From NCBI GenBank assembly GCA_040756235.1, contig JBFLZG010000111.1:35508-99507 (forward strand): a stretch of 64,000 nucleotides of DNA. The letters run 5' to 3'. A model generated the notes under the pieces. That model saw only the letters and a list, made by a program, of their open reading frames with translations. It was not told where the DNA came from and did not search any database. The position numbers and the translations under genes were made by a program. This DNA is from a bacterium. Lineage in GTDB: Bacteria; Desulfobacterota; DSWW01. Position 1 is the first letter of the stretch, and every line of letters starts with the position of its first letter. Below are positions 50,149-58,064 of the stretch, in pieces.

Positions 50149-50556
50149 TCAAGCTCTCCGGGCGACGATTCCCTGGATAGATCGAATGATGTCCTCGGGG
50201 TCCGTCCCGGGCCCGCAGACCTCCCGGATGCCCATGGCCTTCAGGCTCGCGGCATCCTCGGGTGGAAGAATGCCTCCTACAATCACGGGGATGTCAGCGG
50301 CTCGACTCTCCTGAAGCGCCTTGAAGGTCTTGGGAACGATGGTCATCAACCCGCCCGAGAAGACGCTCAGCCCGATGACGTCCACGTCCTCCTGTATGGC
50401 CGACCGCACGATCTGCTGGGGCGAGACCCGCAGGCCCAGGAAGATCACCTCCATACCCGCATTGCGAAGGGCTCGTGCCACGAGCTGAATACCCCGGTTG
50501 TGTCCGTCCAGGCCCACCTTGGCAAGCAACACTCGGATCGGCCGGTCCCTTTCCAT
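50149..50556 (-). CDS. cobalamin-binding small subunit of an acyl-CoA mutase
   Basis: KVGLDGHNRG (DxHxxG), GLS, VGGI. Confidence 0.92.
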   Translation of the reverse strand: MERDRPIRVLLAKVGLDGHNRGIQLVARALRNAGMEVIFLGLRVSPQQIVRSAIQEDVDVIGLSVFSGGLMTIVPKTFKALQESRAADIPVIVGGILPPEDAASLKAMGIREVCGPGTDPEDIIRSIQGIVARRA

Positions 50557-50575
50557 CGTGGTCCTCCTGTGCGCG

Positions 50576-52258
50576 TCAATAGGCAAAGTGGTGTGCGACA
50601 GGCTCCCCGCACGTCCCATCCGCCTCCTGGAGAGCGCGCGTCACTTCCTCGATGGTGGCATAGGCCCTGACCGCCTCGATCGTGCCGGGCATGACGTTTT
50701 CGCCCTGTTCCACGGAGCGTTTCAGATGATCGAGGGCTCTCTGCACCGCCCGGCCGTCTCTTCCGGCCTTCACCGCCGCCAGCATTCTTTTCTGGTGCTC
50801 CTCGTGGGCAGGGTCGATGCGGAGGATCTCGAGCTGGCTGTCCCTGCCCTCCGTGAACAGATTCATGCCGATGACCTTCACCTCACCCGACTTGATCTTC
50901 TGCTGGTAGTCGTAAGAAGCGCGGGCGATCTCCCTCTGCACCCACCCCGCTTCCACCGCGGCGATCATCCCTCCCATCGCATCGATCCGGCGCAGCAGAT
51001 CGCGCGCCGCTTCCTCCAGCTCGTCCGTGAGCTTCTCGACGAAGTAGGAGCCGCCCAGGGGGTCCACCGTGTGGCACACCCCGCTCTCGTAGGCAATGAT
51101 CTGCTGGGTGCGCAGCGCCGTGCGTACGGCGTCCTCCGAGGGCAGAGCATACGCCTCATCCATCGAATTGGTGTGGAGGGAATGGGTCCCGCCGAGAACC
51201 GCTGCCAGAGCCTGGAGGGTCGTGCGGACGACGTTGTTGATCGGCTCTCGGGCCGTGAGCGAACATCCGGCCGTCTGCACGTGGTAGCGACAGAGCATCG
51301 AGAGAGGATTCCTGGCGCCGAACTCCTCTTTCATGATGCGCGCCCACAGTCGGCGGGCCGCCCGGTATTTGCAGATCTCTTCGAAGAAGTCGTTGTGGGC
51401 GTCGAAAAAGAAGGAGAGCCTGGGGGCGAAGTCGTCCACCTCCAGTCCCCTGCGCATGAGCTCCCGCGTGTAGGCGATGGCGCTGCCAAAAGTGAAGGCG
51501 ATTTCCTGTGCGGCCGTCGAGCCGGACTCCCGGATCTGGTAACCCACGAAGCTGATGGGGTTCCAGCGCGGCATCGAGCGGCGGCAGTACTCGATGATGT
51601 CGGAGGAAATCCGGAACAGAAAGGGGAGGGAGCCGGCGGGGTTCGCTGTGTAGAAAAGAGAGACCATGTCGTTCTGCAGAGTCCCCGTCAGATCCTGGAG
51701 GGGGATCCCCCGCTTCTGCGCCAGGGCAAGGAAAGCAGAGAGCATGAACGGCCCCGCGGTGATGATGGAGGTCGAAATCCTGGCGATGTCGATCTCATCG
51801 AAGATGACCTCCACGTCTCGCAGCGTGTCCACCGGGACCCCATCCCGTCCCACTTCCCCTTCACTCAGCGGATTGTCCGAATCGAGCCCAGCCTGCGTCG
51901 GGTTGTCGAACACGATGTTGAGGCCGGTTTCGCCCTCGCGCAGGAGGAACTTCAGCCGCCGGTTCGTTTCCTCCGGCGTGGCAAAGCCCGTGACCAGCCG
52001 CCGGGTCCAAAGCCGGCCGCGGTAGCCGGTAGGCTGGACCCCTCGGGTGTACGGATACCAGCCGGGCAAGCTGATGTCTTCCACGTAGTCCTTGCCCTGC
52101 AGGTCCGCAGGCGTGTAGACCCGCTCGAGCGGGATTCCGGACGATGTGGCAAAGGTCTCCTTCTGTTCCGGCCACCTCGCCATGACCGGTCCGAGGGCCG
52201 TCTGCTCCCATTGCTCGCGCAATCTCCGGATCTTCTCCAGCATGTCCGACGTCCACAT
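50576..52258 (-). CDS. methylmalonyl-CoA mutase family large (substrate-binding) subunit
   Basis: PGWYPYTRG, GTLQND, APRLSFFF, SLHTNSMDEA, DPLGGSY. Confidence 0.92.
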   Translation of the reverse strand: MWTSDMLEKIRRLREQWEQTALGPVMARWPEQKETFATSSGIPLERVYTPADLQGKDYVEDISLPGWYPYTRGVQPTGYRGRLWTRRLVTGFATPEETNRRLKFLLREGETGLNIVFDNPTQAGLDSDNPLSEGEVGRDGVPVDTLRDVEVIFDEIDIARISTSIITAGPFMLSAFLALAQKRGIPLQDLTGTLQNDMVSLFYTANPAGSLPFLFRISSDIIEYCRRSMPRWNPISFVGYQIRESGSTAAQEIAFTFGSAIAYTRELMRRGLEVDDFAPRLSFFFDAHNDFFEEICKYRAARRLWARIMKEEFGARNPLSMLCRYHVQTAGCSLTAREPINNVVRTTLQALAAVLGGTHSLHTNSMDEAYALPSEDAVRTALRTQQIIAYESGVCHTVDPLGGSYFVEKLTDELEEAARDLLRRIDAMGGMIAAVEAGWVQREIARASYDYQQKIKSGEVKVIGMNLFTEGRDSQLEILRIDPAHEEHQKRMLAAVKAGRDGRAVQRALDHLKRSVEQGENVMPGTIEAVRAYATIEEVTRALQEADGTCGEPVAHHFAY

Positions 52259-52273
52259 ATCCGTGCCTCCCGA

Positions 52274-52762
52274 TCACCGTGGCCTTCGGTCATGGATGCG
52301 CCGCTCTTTCAGCTCGGTGTCCAGTTGGAGGCGGCGGATCCGTTGTTCCAACGGCGCGAAGACGATCTCTGTCGGCACGATCTCCAGCGCGTGCTTCATC
52401 CTCTCGTGAATCCTGTTTCGGATGGCCGCCTCCTGGCCTTGCTGCTGCGGGGTAATATAGAGGATGAATTCATCGTTCTCATAGGGATCCTCGTTTCTCT
52501 TGCGCAGCTCTACCTGCCCCCTGAAAAACCTCGCCCTCGCGAGTTTCACGAGAGTTGCCTTGGATGCATGCTTCTTGAGGGAGCGCTCGTCAGGAGTGAG
52601 GAGGAATTGCAGGTGCCGCCCTGGATCCTCGGCACTGGGAGCAATGTCCTTCTTGAAGGTGATCGGCAGCTTCACCAGGTCATCGGTTGTCTGGATGGAT
52701 CGGACGTCGATCCCGTTGTCGTCAAACGCGCTTCTGTCATACGTACTGAATGGATACACCTG
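52274..52762 (-). pseudogene. internally deleted PaaK-like CoA ligase
   Basis: QVYPFS...IQTTDDLVKLPITFKKDI (N-part) joined to QVELRKRNEDPY...KERRIHDRRP (C-part); the P-loop core is absent. Confidence 0.7.
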
Positions 52763-52895
52763 ACCGACGATGGCTGATCGGGGTTTTCCTGGAAGAGCTC
52801 AAAAGGCCGATCTGCTCGTAGAATCGAATGGTGCTGGGTGGAAGATTCGCCAGATTCGCCGGGTGGCCGATGCTATGACGGGTCGCTTTGGGCAT
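52737..52895 (-). pseudogene. truncated MerR-family regulator (HTH only)
   Basis: MPKATRHSIGHPANLANLPPSTIRFYEQIGLL...SHRR then stops; too short for the ORF track. Confidence 0.7.
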
Positions 52896-52975
52896 GACGG
52901 CTTCCTCGATCGCCCCTCCAAGTGGATCCGCTGCAAGTCTCTATCACGAATTCGAAGCGAGCGGCAACACAAATC

Positions 52976-52995
52976 TCAAGTTGAGGTTAACTTCA
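52976..52995. promoter_or_regulatory. MerR-type dyad operator candidate
   Basis: AAGTT-gaggtt-AACTT dyad upstream of the MerR stub. Confidence 0.4.
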
Positions 52996-53297
52996 TGTTT
53001 GGGGTCGTTTTCTCGCACCCCGGTATGGCCGGGCCGCGGTTTCGCTCATCCGCTTGCGCGTGGGACACGCGATGACGCGCCGGTCTTGTTTGAGGGATCT
53101 GGCAGGCCAGGCGGGGGCGGCTTCAGGTCGCTGCCAGGGTCGGCGGCAGGGCTTCGCCTCATGGCACGAACGATGGATGACTTCAGGGACGGGTTGCCCC
53201 TGGACCCGGACCGGGCCACGGGCGGGCCGCGCAAGGATCCCCCGGCGTGGGGCCGGGGGCCGAACAGGAGGGATTTCTCAGCAGATGACCGGGCGAG

Positions 53298-54008
53298 CTA
53301 GATTTCTTCCGCGAGCAGGATCGCCTCGGCGATCTCCCGCATCGACCTCCGCGTGTTCATGCTCTGCTTCTGCATCCGCCGGAACGCCTCGGCCGCGGTG
53401 ACCCCCCTCCTCGCCATGAGGACCTCTTTTGCCCTCTCCACGAGCTTTCTGGACTCGAGCTCTTCCTGGATCACCCGGGTCTTCACCATGAGCTCGGTGT
53501 TCACGATGGCAACCGCCGCCTGGTTCGCCACCGCGATCAGGAGGTTGACCTCGGTATCGGTGTAGTCGTGAGGGGTCTGGCTGTAACAGTTGATCACGCC
53601 GATCACGCTGTCCTTGACGACCAGGGGAACGCTGAGCATCGAGGTCAGGCCTTCTTTCCGGGCCATCTCCTTTTCCTTGTACTTCAGCTCCGTCTGGACG
53701 TCGCGGATGCACATGGGGATCCTGGTGCTGGCGACCTGGCCCACGACGCCCTCGCCGAGCCCGAGGCTCCTCTCCTTGAGGTATTCCTGGCTGATCGTTT
53801 GCGTGGCGCGCAGGCGCAGGACCTTTTTCTTCTCGTCCAGGAGCCACAGGGAGCAGATCTTGGAATCCATCACTTCGGCCGTCACCGTGACCACCAGCTT
53901 CAGGATGTCGTCCAGGTAAAGCTCCGAGGTGATGGCCTTGCTGATCTCGGTCAGAGCCCGGATCTGCTCCTCGTAATCCACGGATCTCTTCATCTCTGGC
54001 GTGTCCAT
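53298..54008 (-). CDS. GAF-ANTAR RNA-binding antiterminator
   Basis: GAF domain then SRKLVERAKEVLM...EAFRRMQKQSMNTRRSMREIAEAI. Confidence 0.92.
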   Translation of the reverse strand: MDTPEMKRSVDYEEQIRALTEISKAITSELYLDDILKLVVTVTAEVMDSKICSLWLLDEKKKVLRLRATQTISQEYLKERSLGLGEGVVGQVASTRIPMCIRDVQTELKYKEKEMARKEGLTSMLSVPLVVKDSVIGVINCYSQTPHDYTDTEVNLLIAVANQAAVAIVNTELMVKTRVIQEELESRKLVERAKEVLMARRGVTAAEAFRRMQKQSMNTRRSMREIAEAILLAEEI

Positions 54009-54081
54009 GTCCTCTCCCGGATCGAAGGCGGCGCGGGTCCGCCTGCCCTCTGCTTCGACCTTCCGACGTCTTCAAAGGCCC

Positions 54082-55392
54082 CTAGGCGAGCACCCAGAGC
54101 AGCTCACAACGCCCCGCCCCCTCGTTGCGCCAGCGGCGGATCGTCTGGTCCTCGAGATAGATGCTGTCGCCCTTGCGCAGCAGGATCTCTTCATCCTCCA
54201 CGACGATCTTCAGGACGCCGCTCAGGACCCAGCCGAACTCGTGCCCTTTGTGGTCGAAAAAGGCCCGCGCGTCTTCCGCGCGGGCACCCAGCCGGAGCCA
54301 GTACGGCGCGATCCTCCTGCGCGGACCGCCCTCGGACAACAGCGCCAGGACCTCGACCGCGGGCCTGCTGCCCGGTTTTGGGGTCTTGCTGCGGGCCGCG
54401 CCCTTTTGCTTGTGCACGGTCAGCCCGCGCTTGCCGGACCCTTCCCGTCCCTTGCCTCTGAGAAGGGCGTCCAGCGGTTGTTCCAACACCTGCGCAATGT
54501 CCACGAGAACCGGCAGCGAAGGGTAGACCTGGTTCGCCTCGATCTGGCACAGGGCGCTGGGCGTGATGTCGAGCGTTCGCGCCAGCTCCGCCTGGGTGAG
54601 GTTCCGGCGGCCCCTCAGCTCTTTGATGCGGTCGCCGATGCGCAGATCCCGATCCGGTGTCCGATCCAGGAATTTGATCTGATCGTCCGCGACCCGGTAC
54701 CGGACCGATTCCCTCAGGATCCGGCTCGGCCGGTCCTCGGCCTTGAGGAGCTTCATGTCGCAGAGCCCCTCTTCGAGGTTGCGGAGCTGGATGACGACCT
54801 GGGTGATGTGGCTCAGATTGGCCAGAAACGTCCTGGAATGGGCCTCCCGCTCCAGGATCCAGCAGGCGACGGTCTGCAGCTCGTAGAGCTTGGGACAGTG
54901 GTGGGTGAAGAACTCCTGCGCCGGCCGCTCGCCGCCCCAGAGCTCGCTGAATCCGGTCAGGCTGTCGAAGACGTAGCGGGCGCCGTCGCCGTACCGCTCC
55001 TGGATTCCGGACAGAATGCGGTCGAAGGTTTCGCGGTCCGAAGGCTTCTCGATGCACACGCTCTCGAAGCCGGCCCGTCCCGGCTCGCTCTGAGCGTAGT
55101 ATTCCTTGAATACCTCGTCCCCCTTGCCCTTCCCGAAGGTGAAGGCATCGAGGTGGACGAAGCTCCCGGCCCGAAGCCCTTCGGCGTAGCGTCGATAAAT
55201 TGTCTGGGGTGCATAGTTCGAGTTCACGTAGACGATCGTGCCGCGCCGGTCTCCCCGCGCCACGTTCAGAAAGGCTCCGAGAAAAGCGATCAGGGACGTA
55301 CCGGCGTCCGCGACCCAGACGACGTTGTCGCCCGGCTGAAAACCGCCCAGGAGACGGTCCAGATAGGCAATGCCCGAGCTCATGCCGGCCAT
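54082..55392 (-). CDS. KaiC/RAD55-like (degenerate) domain + XRE HTH + cupin regulator
   Basis: SSGIAYLDRLLGG...DNVVW, YVFDSL; IGDRIKELR...LTQAELA...IEAN; HKGHEFGWVLSG cupin. Confidence 0.85.
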   Translation of the reverse strand: MAGMSSGIAYLDRLLGGFQPGDNVVWVADAGTSLIAFLGAFLNVARGDRRGTIVYVNSNYAPQTIYRRYAEGLRAGSFVHLDAFTFGKGKGDEVFKEYYAQSEPGRAGFESVCIEKPSDRETFDRILSGIQERYGDGARYVFDSLTGFSELWGGERPAQEFFTHHCPKLYELQTVACWILEREAHSRTFLANLSHITQVVIQLRNLEEGLCDMKLLKAEDRPSRILRESVRYRVADDQIKFLDRTPDRDLRIGDRIKELRGRRNLTQAELARTLDITPSALCQIEANQVYPSLPVLVDIAQVLEQPLDALLRGKGREGSGKRGLTVHKQKGAARSKTPKPGSRPAVEVLALLSEGGPRRRIAPYWLRLGARAEDARAFFDHKGHEFGWVLSGVLKIVVEDEEILLRKGDSIYLEDQTIRRWRNEGAGRCELLWVLA

Positions 55393-55409
55393 GATGGATC
55401 TCCCTGCCC

Positions 55410-58064
55410 CTATTCTTCCAGCCCGTCCCGGTACTCGACCGAAAGGGGCTGAACCTTCCGATAAACGCTCTCCGGACCTCGAACCTCGCCGTCCACCCGC
55501 AACAGGCAATCGTTCACGGAGATGCCGAACAGCCGCTCGTTCGCGCGCAGGCAAGGCAGGATGACCTTCCAATCCTTCCGGCCGAGGGGCACGATCCGGC
55601 CGCCGTTGAGCTGTTCGGGGACGATCCTCCGGCGCGGGTCCCGGACGTAGAGGGCCCCGCCCGAGGCCAGCGAGAACAGGTTGGATCCGGGATACGGCGT
55701 TTCCTGTTCGATCAGGCTCCCGTCGTCTGCAAACCTGAGCCCGTTGAGCACCACGAATCCGCCGCCCTTGAGCGGGTCGCCGGCCATGAACGACTCGGCC
55801 AGAAAATCCAGGCAGGTTCCGTTGATCACCACCCTGGGCTTGCCCACGGCATTGATCAGGGGCCGGCCGGCCGCGTTCCCCATGACGTAGGTCTCGCCCC
55901 CCTTGGCTCCGTACAGAAACGTCTGTCCCACGTCGCCGTAGATGACGAGGCGCCCGCTCTTCAGGATCTGGCCCAGCTGGTCCTGGCCATTACCATGCAC
56001 GCGGATCTCCAGGCCGTCAATACCGGAGGCGAGGTAGTCGCCGGAGCTGCCGTAGACGTCGAAACGGACCCCTTCGGTACCCGCGCCCAGGCCGCAGCCG
56101 GTGAAGCGCTGTCCTTTGAGGCCGTAGAGGATGAACCGCCTCCACCCCATGCGACAGGCCTTCACCGCCAGCCCGGCGTCGCACTCCGGCCCTTCGGGAG
56201 GAAAGTCGCGCGCATGGATGACCAGAACCGCCTCCCCGCTCGCAGGAGCGCGGAGCCGGTCCCGGCCGTCCCAGTCGATTCTGCAGAACCGGCCCGCCCC
56301 GTGTCCGAGCGGCGGCACGGCGTCCAGGATCCGGTCGATCGATTCCCGGACGATCTCCAGGACGGCGCTGGGCCGCTTGGAGCCGCAGTCGTAGCGCCGG
56401 TCGTTCAACAGGGTGAGGAGGTCGAGAGCGACCTCCAGCCCGACGTCTCCGCGCCCTGCGCAGGCGCGCGCCTCCCGGAGGAACCCGTGGAGGTCTTCGA
56501 AGCTCCACCGAGCGATCGCTCGGCAGAGCTCCGGGAACAGCTCCTCTGCAGCAGCCGCGCCGTTCGCGCCGCGCAGCCTGGCCGACAGGGCAAGGGCGCC
56601 CGGGTCCGGGGCCGCGTCCGGGGCCGGGGCCGGCCCGCGCCCGGCAGGGGCCGCGAGGGGGCGGGGGCACGCGCCCGACGGCACGCGGATCGCACGGCCG
56701 AACTTGTCGGTGCAGTCGAGCCTGGAGGAGCCGTTGTGGCCCTGGACCGTGAAGATGAAAGCGCCCCCGTCCGTGTGGCTGCCCCCGCGGGCGTTCCAGT
56801 ACCGGTCCGCCACCAGGCGGAACCGGCGGTCCTCGGCGGCCAGGGAGTGCAGGGTTGCGTCGATGGCCTGCTTCTCCGAGGCGACCAGCCCGATCGACAC
56901 CTCCCCTTCCTGGATGGCGAACACCTGGGGCCTGAGCATGGAGGTGTCGGTGATCCCGAGCAGCTGGAAGCGGTCCAGATCCGGCTCGCTCCGGGCGATG
57001 ATGAAGAACCAGGGCCCGTCCGGCGAGCCGTGGATGTGCAGGGCCTGGATCGAGCGGTAGATGCGCTTCTTCTCTTCGGACAATCGGTCGAAGTCCAGCT
57101 CCGTGGTCGGGGCGAGCGCCTCGATCACGTACTCGAGGGGGTACCCGTAGATGCGCGACCAGAGATCGAACAACAAGACCGAGACCTCGGTGTCGGTCAG
57201 GAACTGGGGCTCGATCCCGTGCTGCCGGAGGTATTCGCAGACGCCGTAATAGTTGGCGAAGTCGCCGTTGTGGACCAGCGCGTCTTTCAGGCCGATGAAG
57301 GGATGGGCGCCGGCCGGGTGCCAGACCCTGCCCTTGGTGGGATAGCGCTGGTGGGCGATCCAGATCTTGGCCCTCAGGTCCTCGAGCCCGTAGTAGCGCA
57401 CCACCTGCTCGGCATAACCCACGACCTTGAAGATCATGAGGTTGCGCGCGTGGGAAAGCACGAAGGCGCGCTTCTCGCCGAGAGAGGCGTAAAAGCTCCG
57501 GTTGAGCTTGATGCTGTTCTGGAAGATGAGCTCGTCCTCGACCGCGCGCTCGTCGGCGCCCGCAAGGCCGGAGTCCTGCGCGAAGCGCTCGAGGGCCTCG
57601 GGCTTTGCGCGGACGAAGTAGCGCACGATGTCCGGCGGCTTGACCTCCAGGCCCGCTTCCCTGTAGTCCAGGGCCGGCTCCAGCCGGGATCGATGGTCGA
57701 CCCGCAGGAAGGGCTCGATCCAGCTCTTCTCCACTTCTTCCCGGGCGCTGGGGTCGATGAGGGCGATCTGGAGCAGATAGTCGTCTTTGAGCACCGCCTC
57801 GTCCACCCCGAGCTGCCCTGCATCCAGGCAGCAGGCGGCGATCCCGCCGCCCTTCCCGTTGCCGCGGTTGTGCATCTGCATGGAGGGCTCGAAGATGTGG
57901 CGGCCCCTGACCGGCACGCTCGCCGCGAACCCGACCACCCCGCAGCCGCCTTCCTCGGCGGCTTTCCGAATCGGCGCTCGGAGACGGCCGGCCGCGAGCG
58001 CCCGGCTGGAATCCAGCACACGGTCGATCCACTCGGCTCTGTCATGGGCTCTGTCGATTCTCAT
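55410..58064 (-). CDS. glutamate synthase subunit: class II glutamine amidotransferase fused to GXGXG domain
   Basis: EEGGCGVVG, AHQRYPT, HPF, VHNGD; C-terminal GSSGDYLASG...GG repeats. Confidence 0.88.
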   Translation of the reverse strand: MRIDRAHDRAEWIDRVLDSSRALAAGRLRAPIRKAAEEGGCGVVGFAASVPVRGRHIFEPSMQMHNRGNGKGGGIAACCLDAGQLGVDEAVLKDDYLLQIALIDPSAREEVEKSWIEPFLRVDHRSRLEPALDYREAGLEVKPPDIVRYFVRAKPEALERFAQDSGLAGADERAVEDELIFQNSIKLNRSFYASLGEKRAFVLSHARNLMIFKVVGYAEQVVRYYGLEDLRAKIWIAHQRYPTKGRVWHPAGAHPFIGLKDALVHNGDFANYYGVCEYLRQHGIEPQFLTDTEVSVLLFDLWSRIYGYPLEYVIEALAPTTELDFDRLSEEKKRIYRSIQALHIHGSPDGPWFFIIARSEPDLDRFQLLGITDTSMLRPQVFAIQEGEVSIGLVASEKQAIDATLHSLAAEDRRFRLVADRYWNARGGSHTDGGAFIFTVQGHNGSSRLDCTDKFGRAIRVPSGACPRPLAAPAGRGPAPAPDAAPDPGALALSARLRGANGAAAAEELFPELCRAIARWSFEDLHGFLREARACAGRGDVGLEVALDLLTLLNDRRYDCGSKRPSAVLEIVRESIDRILDAVPPLGHGAGRFCRIDWDGRDRLRAPASGEAVLVIHARDFPPEGPECDAGLAVKACRMGWRRFILYGLKGQRFTGCGLGAGTEGVRFDVYGSSGDYLASGIDGLEIRVHGNGQDQLGQILKSGRLVIYGDVGQTFLYGAKGGETYVMGNAAGRPLINAVGKPRVVINGTCLDFLAESFMAGDPLKGGGFVVLNGLRFADDGSLIEQETPYPGSNLFSLASGGALYVRDPRRRIVPEQLNGGRIVPLGRKDWKVILPCLRANERLFGISVNDCLLRVDGEVRGPESVYRKVQPLSVEYRDGLEE

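Noticed and set aside
53161..53180. Sigma-54 promoter at TGGCACG (also at 11524 and 33592)
   Set aside because: The -12 TTGC element is absent.
54082..55392. Circadian KaiC
   Set aside because: Single degenerate domain fused to HTH-cupin, and no kaiA or kaiB.
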